From an uncultured Chloroflexia bacterium (lineage in GTDB: Bacteria; Chloroflexota; Limnocylindria; Limnocylindrales; CSP1-4), in assembly GCA_963712745.1 (NCBI GenBank), contig CAVQJC010000017.1, positions 388,190 through 452,189 of the forward strand: DNA of 64,000 bases, given 5' to 3'. Shown here in pieces: positions 8,876 to 17,159 of the stretch (the stretch's first letter is position 1; each line of letters begins with the position of its first letter). A program made the translations under genes and the position numbers. The notes beneath the pieces were generated by a model, which worked only from the letters and a program-made list of their open reading frames with translations, ran no database searches and was not told where the DNA came from.

Positions 8876-9682
8876 ATGCCGACACGATCCATCGAGCTCA
8901 TCCGACACCCGTTGCGGGTCCGTACGCTCGAGGTTCGTACCGTCAAGCACCCTGGCCCGCTGTACGGCCTCATCACGCTCAGCGGTGACGACCTTGCCGA
9001 CTTCGAGACGCCCAGCCCGACAGACCACGTCGGGGTGATCCCGCCGCTGCCCTCGGGCGAGCTCGTGTTGCCGGAGGTGGCCGACGGGCGGCTGCGCTGG
9101 CCGGCCGGGGAGCGGCCGCCGATGCGCGAGTACACCGTGCGGCGTTTCGACCGCGAGGCGCGCGAGCTGGACGTGCGCATCCTGCTCCACGGCAACGGCC
9201 CCCTCGCCCGCTGGGCAGCCCAGGCCGCGCCCGGCGACAGGGTCGGGGTGGTGGGGCCGCGCGTGTCGAAGGTCATGCCCGGGGGCTTCGCCAACTACCT
9301 GCTGGTGGGCGATCTCACGGCCGTCCCGGCCATCGCGCGCTGGCTGAGCGTGCTGCCCGGGGGCGCGATGGCCCAGGTACTCATCGCCGCGCGCTCCGAG
9401 GAGGACGTCGTCGAGCTCAAGTGCGCCGAGCCCATCTCCGTGCTCTGGCTGACCGAGGCGCTGATGCCGGAGGCCGACTGGCTGCCACCCGCGGTCGCCG
9501 CCACGAGCCTCCACTCGCGCGACACGTTCGCCTGGGCTGCCGGCGAGGCCGTGGCCATGCGCGAGGTGCGCCGGGTCCTGCTCGAGCAGCACGGCTTGCC
9601 CTCGGAGAACGTCAAGGTCACCGGCTACTGGCGCCGGGACGAACCGGACTTCGACTACGACGCCCCGCTCGTCGCAGGATGA
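8876..9682 (+). CDS. Siderophore-interacting protein (ViuB/YqjH family)
   Basis: MREYTVRRFD, HGNGP, GDLTAVPAI, AAGE and TGYWR motifs; AAGGAGG RBS. Confidence 0.9.
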   Translation: MPTRSIELIRHPLRVRTLEVRTVKHPGPLYGLITLSGDDLADFETPSPTDHVGVIPPLPSGELVLPEVADGRLRWPAGERPPMREYTVRRFDREARELDVRILLHGNGPLARWAAQAAPGDRVGVVGPRVSKVMPGGFANYLLVGDLTAVPAIARWLSVLPGGAMAQVLIAARSEEDVVELKCAEPISVLWLTEALMPEADWLPPAVAATSLHSRDTFAWAAGEAVAMREVRRVLLEQHGLPSENVKVTGYWRRDEPDFDYDAPLVAG

Positions 9683-9692
9683 CCCAGGGCCG

Positions 9693-10841
9693 CTATCCGG
9701 GCGCCGACACGCGGTAGATGATGCCGGCCTTGTCGTCCGAGACGTAGAGCGCGCCGTCCGCGCCGACGATGACGCCGGCTGGACGGCCAGTGGCATCGCC
9801 GGTCTCGCGGTCGAGGAAGCCGCCCACCAGGACCTCTGGCGGGCCGCTGGGACCGTCGTCCCAGGGCAACCACAACACCTCGTAGCCGACCTTCTCGGAT
9901 CGGTTCCAGGAGCCGTGGAAGGCGATGACCGCGCCGTCTTGCCAGAAGGTGATGCCCAGCGGGGCCGCGTGCGCCTGGAACGTCGCCACGGGCGGCGTCA
10001 CGCCGTCGCAGCCGACCAGACCATTGTCGGGATCGGGTTCGTCCCCGAGGTCGGGGTCGACGATGTCGCCCGCGTGGCATCGCGGCCAGCCGGCGTGGGC
10101 CCCGTCAACGAGCCGATAGAGCGTCTCAGGCGGGATGTCGTCGCCCATGAGGTCGCGGCCATTGTTCGTGGCCCACGCCTCGCCGGTGGCAGGATCGACG
10201 GCCACGCCGACCGCGTTGCGCAGGCCGCGCATCAGGACACGCCATGTCCCACCGTCCGCCGGAGCGGTGATGACGCTGGCGCGCTCCTCGTCCTCCTCCC
10301 AGCATACGTTGCAGGTGGAGCCGACGCTGACGAGCAACGAGCCGTCGGGCATGACGGCGACCGTGCGCGTCGAGTGTCCGCCACCACCCGAGTACTCGAG
10401 CATGGTCTCCCTGGCCTGCTCGTGCAGGTCTTCATCGAGCTCGACCCCGAAGAGCGAGCCGCTGCCGGCCACCAGCAGCCTGCCGTCGTCGGCGAAAGCC
10501 AGCGAGTGGGCCGAGTCGTAGCCCTCGCCCACCAGGATGTGCTCGTCAGCGGCGCCGTCGCCATCGCGGTCTGGCAGGGCCACCACCCGGTCCGCGCCCT
10601 GCTCAGCCACGAACAGGGTGCCATCGTCGGCCAGCGCCATGAAGCGCGGATGAGCGAGCCCGCTCGCGAACACGCTGGAACGGTAGTCATCCGGCAGCAC
10701 GAGCTCGGTCTCGCCCGGCAGACCGCGGTCGAAGCTCAGGCCCATGGCCTGCAGGATGGGCTCGCGGAACGTCCACGCTCCCACCATCAGGAAGCTGATG
10801 ACGAAGACCGCGAACAGCCCCAGGCGGATGATCCGTTTCAT
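9693..10841 (-). CDS. PQQ-dependent sugar (glucose/sorbosone) dehydrogenase, beta-propeller with N-terminal anchor
   Basis: GHSTR, SVGSTCN, GLRNAVG, AHAAPLG, HGSWNR and YVSDD motifs; GGAGG RBS. Confidence 0.88.
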   Translation of the reverse strand: MKRIIRLGLFAVFVISFLMVGAWTFREPILQAMGLSFDRGLPGETELVLPDDYRSSVFASGLAHPRFMALADDGTLFVAEQGADRVVALPDRDGDGAADEHILVGEGYDSAHSLAFADDGRLLVAGSGSLFGVELDEDLHEQARETMLEYSGGGGHSTRTVAVMPDGSLLVSVGSTCNVCWEEDEERASVITAPADGGTWRVLMRGLRNAVGVAVDPATGEAWATNNGRDLMGDDIPPETLYRLVDGAHAGWPRCHAGDIVDPDLGDEPDPDNGLVGCDGVTPPVATFQAHAAPLGITFWQDGAVIAFHGSWNRSEKVGYEVLWLPWDDGPSGPPEVLVGGFLDRETGDATGRPAGVIVGADGALYVSDDKAGIIYRVSAPG

Positions 10842-10866
10842 GTCACCTCCCGCGGCCGTCGCTGCC

Positions 10867-11190
10867 TTAGCCACCCCGCTTCAGCAGCGTCAGGAGAAGC
10901 ACCAGTGGTGTCTGGGCCACCACGCTGTGGGGAGTGTTGGCAGGCATGTGGATCCACGTGCCCGGCCCTCCCTCGACGGTCTCGTCGTCCAGGGTGATGG
11001 TGGCATGGCCCTCGACCACTTCCAGTGTCACCGGCACCGGCGCGGTGTGATCCGACAGCTGCTGACCGGTCGCGAAGGAGAAGTGTACGACGCGGACGTC
11101 GTCGTCATTGTAGATAGCGCGGCTAACGATACCGTCGGCCGGCGTTTCCACCGGCGATCTCAGGTCGACGATGGTGCAGTCGGAACTCAT
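10867..11190 (-). CDS. Cupin domain protein
   Basis: LSDHTAP and HMPANTPHSV cupin motifs; AGGAGAGG RBS. Confidence 0.85.
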   Translation of the reverse strand: MSSDCTIVDLRSPVETPADGIVSRAIYNDDDVRVVHFSFATGQQLSDHTAPVPVTLEVVEGHATITLDDETVEGGPGTWIHMPANTPHSVVAQTPLVLLLTLLKRGG

Positions 11191-11225
11191 GGTCCTCTCC
11201 TGTCTGGCGGGCTGTCCCTCGAAGC

Positions 11226-11553
11226 CCTAGCTCCTTCACGAACCAGTGTCTGGCGAACGGTTCGTCGTTGAACCGAGGGAACTCGCGGTAGCCATGACCA
11301 CGGTACATGGCCAGGGCAGGGGTCAGCTGATGCCAGGGTCGAGCAGCTTGAGCGCGCCACAACCGACCGGGCCAACGTCGTCACGGAAGACGAGCACGAG
11401 CCCGAGGCGGCGGGTGAGCTCATCGAGACCCAGTGGCAGCGCCTCATCGACGACGTATCCGAAGCGCTCGCCGAGCTCGGTGCAATACCGCTCGACGCAG
11501 CACAGAACGTCTTCGCTGTCGGCGGGCTCCTCGCTGGTCACGTAGTCGGCCAT
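11226..11553 (-). pseudogene. GNAT acetyltransferase pseudogene (internal deletion/frameshift)
   Basis: N-part 'PVGCGALK...' stops at 11323; C-part 'LAMYRGHGYREFPRFNDEPFARHWFVKEL' is in another frame; the central acetyl-CoA-binding motif is missing. Confidence 0.65.
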
Positions 11554-11592
11554 GCGACGATGAGCAACGCCTCATCGCCGTACCATCGGCGG

Positions 11593-13521
11593 ATGACCCG
11601 AAGGCAGACGCTTCCCTACGGCTCATGGCCGTCACCCATCAGCATCGACCTGGCCGTCGGCTCCTCGCGCGGGTTGTCCGAGCCGCGCCAGGACGGCGAG
11701 GACATCTACCTCCTCGAGTCGCGGCCCGACGAGGCCGGCCGGGTGGCACTGTTGCGGCGCACGCCCGACGGGGTCACGGAGGACATGGCTCCGGAGCTGA
11801 ACGTGCGCACACGCGCACACGAATACGGCGGCGGCGCCTACATGGTCGCCGACGGCATCATCGTCTTCTGCGAGTTCGCGGAGAACCGCCTGCTGCTCAA
11901 GCGCTCGGCCGGCGCGCCCATCGAGGAGCTCGTCACCGACCCGGCGCTGCGCTTCGCCGACATGGCTATCGACACTGCCCGCGACCGTGTCATCAGCGTG
12001 GTCGAGGACCAGCACGAGTCGGCCATCGGCGCACGCAACCTGCTCGCGGCGGTCTCGTTCGACGGTACCTATGTCGAGCTGGCCTCGGGATACGACTTCT
12101 ACTCTGACCCGGTGCTGAGCCCCGACGGCAGGGCCCTCGCCTTCGTCACCTGGGACTTCCCCCAGATGCCCTGGGACGGGACCGATCTGTGGGTGGCCGC
12201 CATCGAGCCCGACGGCAGCCTCGGGCAGCCGGTCCATGTCGCAGGTGGCAGCGCGGAATTGGTCATCCAGCCGAAGTGGGCGCCTGACGGTTCGCTGCTC
12301 TACGTCTCCGACCGCAGTGACTGGTGGAACATCTATCGATGGCGCGAGGGGTTGGCCGGCTCGTCGGCGCTGGCACCGTTGGAGGCGGAGGTCGGTGGGC
12401 CTCAATGGGTCTTCGGGCTGTCCGAGTACGACGTTGACGACGACGGCACGGTCGTTGCCTTCGCTCATGGGCCGGGCGGTGCCAGCCTGATCGCGGTGGC
12501 TCCGGGCCAGGCGCCGCGGGAGATCCCCTTTGCCGCGGATGGACTCGCCTATGTGCGCGTGGCAGGCGGGATGGTGACGGCCATCGCCGGTGCCTTCACC
12601 AAGCCTTCCGCGCTCGTGCGTATCGAGCTTGCAGGCGGTGGCCAAGAACGGCTGCGTGAGTCGAGCACCCTCGACATCGACGCCACCTACCTCTCCAGCC
12701 CACAGCACATCTCGTTCCCGACCACCGGAGGTCGCCGGGCCTACGCCTGGTACTACCCGCCGGCCAACCCGGACGTGGTGGCGCCGGAGGGAGAGCGGCC
12801 GCCGCTGGTGGTGATGTCACACGGCGGCCCCACCAGCCAGGCGCGGACGTCGCTGAGCCTGGGCCGTCAGGCCTTCACCAGCCGGGGTATTGCCGTCGTC
12901 GACGTCGACTACGGCGGCTCGACCGGGTACGGCCGCGCCTACCGTGACCAGCTGCGCGAACAGTGGGGCATCGTCGACGTGGACGACTGCACCGCGGCTG
13001 CCACCTGGCTGTCTGAGCAGGGCCTGGCCGATCCCGGGCGCCTGGCCATCCGCGGTGGCAGTGCCGGCGGCTACACCACGCTCGCGACGCTGTGCTTCAA
13101 GGATGTCTTCAGCGCTGGCACCTCGTTCTACGGCCTGGGTGACCTGGCGGCCTTCACGGACACCACACACAAGTTCGAATCGCGCTACATGGACTACCTC
13201 GTCGGACCGTATCCGGAGATGGCAGGGCGCTACCGTGAGCGTTCGCCGGACGAGCACTCGGAGCGGATCTCGTGTCCGGTGCTGGTGATGCAGGGCGCTG
13301 ACGACAAGATCGTGCCGCCCTCGCAGGCAGAAGGCATCGTGCGCGCGTTGGCGAAGAATGGATTGCCCCATGCCTACATCCTGTTCGAGGGCGAGGGTCA
13401 CGGCTTCCGCATGGCTGCCAACCAGCGGCGCGCGCTGGAGGCCGAGCTCTCGTTCTACGCCCAGGTCTTCGGCTTCGAGTTGGCCGACGACTTCGTGCCG
13501 CTCGAGGTCACGGGGCTGTAG
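11593..13521 (+). CDS. S9 family peptidase (dipeptidyl/acylaminoacyl peptidase)
   Basis: PYGSWPSPI N-terminus, HGGPT, GGSAGG nucleophile, EGHGF. Confidence 0.92.
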   Translation: MTRRQTLPYGSWPSPISIDLAVGSSRGLSEPRQDGEDIYLLESRPDEAGRVALLRRTPDGVTEDMAPELNVRTRAHEYGGGAYMVADGIIVFCEFAENRLLLKRSAGAPIEELVTDPALRFADMAIDTARDRVISVVEDQHESAIGARNLLAAVSFDGTYVELASGYDFYSDPVLSPDGRALAFVTWDFPQMPWDGTDLWVAAIEPDGSLGQPVHVAGGSAELVIQPKWAPDGSLLYVSDRSDWWNIYRWREGLAGSSALAPLEAEVGGPQWVFGLSEYDVDDDGTVVAFAHGPGGASLIAVAPGQAPREIPFAADGLAYVRVAGGMVTAIAGAFTKPSALVRIELAGGGQERLRESSTLDIDATYLSSPQHISFPTTGGRRAYAWYYPPANPDVVAPEGERPPLVVMSHGGPTSQARTSLSLGRQAFTSRGIAVVDVDYGGSTGYGRAYRDQLREQWGIVDVDDCTAAATWLSEQGLADPGRLAIRGGSAGGYTTLATLCFKDVFSAGTSFYGLGDLAAFTDTTHKFESRYMDYLVGPYPEMAGRYRERSPDEHSERISCPVLVMQGADDKIVPPSQAEGIVRALAKNGLPHAYILFEGEGHGFRMAANQRRALEAELSFYAQVFGFELADDFVPLEVTGL

Positions 13522-13533
13522 CGCGACGAAGAT

Positions 13534-13566
13534 CGACGACCGCCCGAGGAGGTCGGGCGGTCGTCG
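13534..13566. terminator. Hairpin between convergent genes (probable bidirectional terminator)
   Basis: Perfect 14-bp stem CGACGACCGCCCGA / TCGGGCGGTCGTCG with a 5-nt loop. Confidence 0.7.
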
Positions 13567-13594
13567 TGCAAGAGGGAGGGAGGGGAATGGTCGT

Positions 13595-14248
13595 CTAGGC
13601 GTCGGTGGTGGCAGCCGCCGCGTCGTCGGTCGCGATCTCGCCGGAATCCTCTTCGGTGGCATCCTGGGGCTCTGCCTCAGAAGCCTCCGCGTCATCGGCC
13701 GGCTGGACCACCACGCGCGAGGCCACGAAGTCGCCGCCATCCTCGGAGTCCGACCAGACGACGATCTGGGCGCCGGCCTCGATGTCGGCCAGCTCGACTT
13801 CTGTCGGGACCATGCGCTGGCGGCTCCAGCCGCCTCGCTCGACCGTCTGCTCCTCGAGGGCCACGATCGAGGTCTCATCGTCGATGGTCACGGTTACCGC
13901 CTCACCGCTCCCGAGCGCGAAACTGAGTCCGTCGTCGGCGGCGCTCTCGACCACGCCCTGCTCGACACGTCGGGTGGCCACGCCGTCGGCCGTCTGGATG
14001 GTGACCTCCTGGCGCTGGAACTCGTCAAGCCCACCGCGAAGCGGGCCGCCCATCCCACCACGCACACCCGGCATGTTCCTGGGGCCCATCTCCGCCCCGA
14101 TGCCGGCCTTGCCGCGCATGTCGCGCATGCCGCGTTCACCGCGATCGCCGCGGTCCCCCGGGTGTGCCGAGACAGCAGCGGTGGCGGCGATGACCAGCGC
14201 GAGGGTGGCGCCGGATACCGTCATGAGTCTGGTCCTGTGATCGTGCAT
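13595..14248 (-). CDS. Secreted hypothetical protein (G/R/M-rich N-region, beta-rich core, acidic tail)
   Basis: Signal-peptide-like 'TLALVIAATAAVSA'; coherent high-GC coding pattern. Confidence 0.65.
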   Translation of the reverse strand: MHDHRTRLMTVSGATLALVIAATAAVSAHPGDRGDRGERGMRDMRGKAGIGAEMGPRNMPGVRGGMGGPLRGGLDEFQRQEVTIQTADGVATRRVEQGVVESAADDGLSFALGSGEAVTVTIDDETSIVALEEQTVERGGWSRQRMVPTEVELADIEAGAQIVVWSDSEDGGDFVASRVVVQPADDAEASEAEPQDATEEDSGEIATDDAAAATTDA

Positions 14249-14427
14249 ATCGTCATTGACCTCACTTGCAGCTCGACGGCACGCCTGGGGCATGCCGGCC
14301 GGCCGGATGGCGCGACGGCAAGAACGGTGGAAGTCGGGCGTATGTCTCGACCGAGGGCGGTGTAAGGGCGGCGTAAGCCTGGTGCGACACGCCCGGAAGC
14401 GGGGAACTGGCCAGGAGTCGGAGCCCG

Positions 14428-14436
14428 TGGTATAGT
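14428..14436 (+). promoter_or_regulatory. Extended -10 promoter (TGgTATAGT) of tRNA-fMet
   Basis: TGn-TAnnnT motif ending 5 nt before tRNA position 1. Confidence 0.65.
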
Positions 14437-14441
14437 CCCTG

Positions 14442-14516
14442 GGCGAGGTGGAGCAGTGGTAGCTCATCGGGCTCATAACCCGAAGGTCGGCGGTTCGAAT
14501 CCGTCCCTCGCAACCA
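14442..14516 (+). tRNA. tRNA-fMet (CAT), initiator
   Basis: Cloverleaf folds; CAT anticodon with GGG/CCC stem; 1:72 mismatch; A11:U24; encoded CCA. Confidence 0.95.
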
Positions 14517-14533
14517 AAGATTCCTGACGTGAG

Positions 14534-14566
14534 AACCCCGGGTCCCGCCCCCGGGGTTTTCCTTTT
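14534..14566 (+). terminator. Rho-independent terminator after the tRNA
   Basis: AACCCCGGG / CCCGGGGTT stem followed by TTCCTTTT. Confidence 0.8.
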
Positions 14567-14652
14567 GGCGCGGGAACCGTCGGAGTGGCTCGTGTAACCG
14601 GTCGGAAGGGCCCTCGGGAATCGACCTGGATCGGACCTAGGCTCGGAACACG

Positions 14653-15975
14653 ATGATTGCCCGTGCCACCACCCTGCTGATCCTCTCCGCCCTCCTCATC
14701 GCGTTGGCGTTGCCGGTCGCTGCGCAAGAAGCACCCAGTATCGAGCCGAGCCCGTCGTCAAGCCCGGTTGGCAGCAGTGAGGATGCCCCGGTCGCCAGTG
14801 GCCAGACCACGGCGCCTGCTTCGATCTCGTCGGAGCCGACGCCGCGTCAGCTGCCTGTCGACGTTCCGGTAGCTGAAGGCCCGGTCGTTCAGGCCGTGCT
14901 CTTCTTCGCGCCCACCTGCGGCCATTGCCACTACGTCATCACCGAGTTCCTGCCGGGACTCTTCGAGGAGACCGGAGGCCAGCCGTCGATCACCTTCGAC
15001 CAGTCGGTCCTGCCGGGCGAGCCATCCTTCTACCTCATGAGCAACGGACGGCTCCAACTGCTGCTCGTCGACGTCAGCCAACCCGTTGGCAGCGCCATGT
15101 TCGGTGCCGATTCCGAACGCCTGGGCATGGACCGTGCGGGCGTGCCTCGGCTCGATGTCCAGGACATCTACCTGGTGGGTTCGGGCGACATCCCCGATCG
15201 GTTCCCCACGATGGTCGATGAAGGTCTGGCCGGCGGAGGTATCGGGTGGCCGTCGGTGCCGGACCTCGATACCGCCATCGCGCCGTTCCTGGCCGAAGGC
15301 AGTGTGGCCGTGGTCGAACCGGACGGCCGTGAGGACGGGGAGGACGAGGCGGTCGTCATCCCGGTCGGGGACGACCGCGGCCCACTGGACAGGTTCGGCG
15401 ACGATCCCGTCGGCAACGGCATCTCGGTGGTCGTGCTCATCGTCCTCGTGGCGAGCCTCGTGGCGGCGCCACTGCTCGCCGCTCGTGGCTCACTGCCCTC
15501 CTTCCCGGCCTGGTTCGTCCCGGTCCTCGCCATCGTCGGGATCGGCGTGGCGGCCTACCTGGCCAACGTCGAGACCAGCGGCAGCGAGGCCGTCTGCGGT
15601 CCGGTGGGTGACTGCAATGCCGTGCAGGAGAGCGAGTACGCGGAGCTCTTCGGCGTCCCCATCGGTGTGCTCGGCGTCATCGGCTACCTGTTGGTCGGCG
15701 GCCTCTGGCTCGTCTCGCGCCTGGCCTCGGGGGCGGTCGCCGACTGGGCCATCCTGCTCATCGCCGTGGGTGCCTTTGGGGGCACGCTCTTCAGCGCCTA
15801 CCTGACGTTCCTGGAGCCGTTCGTCATCGGTGCGACCTGCATGTGGTGCATCAGCTCGGCGCTCGTGATGATGGCGCTCCTGTGGGTCAGCGCCGGTCCA
15901 GCCTGGTCTGCCTGGCGCAGGTTGCGGGGCGACTCCGATCCGATCTCGCCGGCTGGAATCCCCGCCAGCACCTGA
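14653..15975 (+). CDS. Thioredoxin-like domain fused to vitamin K epoxide reductase (VKOR) domain
   Basis: Signal peptide; FFAPTCGHC; CGPVGDCNAVQESEYA; LEPFVIGATCMWC. Confidence 0.88.
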   Translation: MIARATTLLILSALLIALALPVAAQEAPSIEPSPSSSPVGSSEDAPVASGQTTAPASISSEPTPRQLPVDVPVAEGPVVQAVLFFAPTCGHCHYVITEFLPGLFEETGGQPSITFDQSVLPGEPSFYLMSNGRLQLLLVDVSQPVGSAMFGADSERLGMDRAGVPRLDVQDIYLVGSGDIPDRFPTMVDEGLAGGGIGWPSVPDLDTAIAPFLAEGSVAVVEPDGREDGEDEAVVIPVGDDRGPLDRFGDDPVGNGISVVVLIVLVASLVAAPLLAARGSLPSFPAWFVPVLAIVGIGVAAYLANVETSGSEAVCGPVGDCNAVQESEYAELFGVPIGVLGVIGYLLVGGLWLVSRLASGAVADWAILLIAVGAFGGTLFSAYLTFLEPFVIGATCMWCISSALVMMALLWVSAGPAWSAWRRLRGDSDPISPAGIPAST

Positions 15976-16177
15976 CTCGATGGACCATCGTTTCAGTACG
16001 TCCGACGGGCTCCCGCGTTGCTCGCCCCACGAGCAAACGCAACCCTTCAGCAGCCACGTATGCCGATCCTGCTCGCCGGCTGCACAGCGCTGACAAACTG
16101 GCTCACCCCACGAGCAGAACCCGACGATCCCGTCGCAGGCCCGTCGAGTTCGCTCATCTAGGGAGCAGAGGTGGTCA

Positions 16178-16287
16178 CGAGCCTATCGGGCGAGCGGTGT
16201 CGAGTCTATCGGGCGAGCGGTGTCGAGCCTATCGGGCGAGCGGTGTCGAGCCTATCGGGCGAGCGGTGTCGAGCCTATCGGGCGAGC
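16178..16287. repeat. 23-bp tandem repeat CGAGCCTATCGGGCGAGCGGTGT, about 4.8 copies
   Basis: Units at 16178, 16201 (one mismatch), 16224, 16247 and a partial at 16270; intergenic, no spacers. Confidence 0.95.
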
Positions 16288-16292
16288 AGGCT

Positions 16293-17159
16293 CTAGCGGC
16301 GCCAGAAGTCCCGGGGATCGGATCGGGGCTTGAAGCCAGCGGCTTCGGCTACGGCCACGGCTTCGCCGAACCCCCGCCCGACCGCATCGGGCGCGTGAGC
16401 GTCGGAGCCGAAGCAGACGGCACCGCCGCCGACCTCATGCCACCAGCGCACGATGAGTGGATCGAGCGGCAGGCGCGTATTGATCTCCAGGACGCGGCCG
16501 GATGCTGCGAGCGCCGCCAGCGTCTCGCGATACTCGGCCTCGAATACGCGCGGGTCGTGTCGCCGGCCCGCGCGTCGGATCTGCCGCACCAGGTAGTCGA
16601 TGTGGGCCACGACCTCGAACTCCTGGCTGGCCTCGATCATGGTCGTGGCCTCAGCGAGGTACTCACGCACCGCGGTCGCCTCGGCCGCACCGCTGATACG
16701 GTCGCTGTGGAACCACTCGTCGATGGCTCGGATGGCCCCATCGACCCGCACCGAATGGACGGAGCCCAGCACTCGTTCGAACCGGCCCGACGCCAGGATT
16801 CCGGCGACGAGCTCGGGAAACCAATGCGGCTCGCCGATCTCGATGCCGGTCAGGATGTGCAGGGACCCGAACCGCTCACGGCAGCGGTCGATCGACTCGA
16901 AGTAGCCCTCCAGGTCGATGCGCGGCGGGTAGAAGGTGGAGTCGGCCTCGACGTAGTGGGCACCAGCTCGAGGGAACATATGCAGTGACTCGCGAGGCAC
17001 GAACCACGACGTCAGGTCGAGGTGCTCGGTGAAGGCGATCGAGGGCAGGCCCAGCTCGACGGCCCGGGCACAGGCGTCGGCCATCGAGCCGCGCACGCCC
17101 GCATCCCAGGAGAACTGGCTGTGAACATGGCCGTCAGGCGGCGGTCCGGGTTGGGTCAC
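16293..17159 (-). CDS. PHP-family histidinol-phosphatase (HisJ-like)
   Basis: DGHVHS, FTEH, GSVH, AHIDY, EINT and GSDAH motifs. Confidence 0.85.
   Translation of the reverse strand: MTQPGPPPDGHVHSQFSWDAGVRGSMADACARAVELGLPSIAFTEHLDLTSWFVPRESLHMFPRAGAHYVEADSTFYPPRIDLEGYFESIDRCRERFGSLHILTGIEIGEPHWFPELVAGILASGRFERVLGSVHSVRVDGAIRAIDEWFHSDRISGAAEATAVREYLAEATTMIEASQEFEVVAHIDYLVRQIRRAGRRHDPRVFEAEYRETLAALAASGRVLEINTRLPLDPLIVRWWHEVGGGAVCFGSDAHAPDAVGRGFGEAVAVAEAAGFKPRSDPRDFWRR

Noticed and set aside
14900-14935. CGHCH in the Trx-VKOR protein as a heme c attachment motif
   Set aside because: The FFAPTCGHC context is a thioredoxin active site, and no cytochrome c fold or distal ligand pattern is evident.
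16178-16287. 23-bp repeats as a CRISPR array
   Set aside because: The units are contiguous with no unique spacers, and there are no cas genes in the window.
14442-16300. Integrated element at tRNA-fMet
   Set aside because: No integrase, no duplicated tRNA 3' end and no compositional shift downstream.
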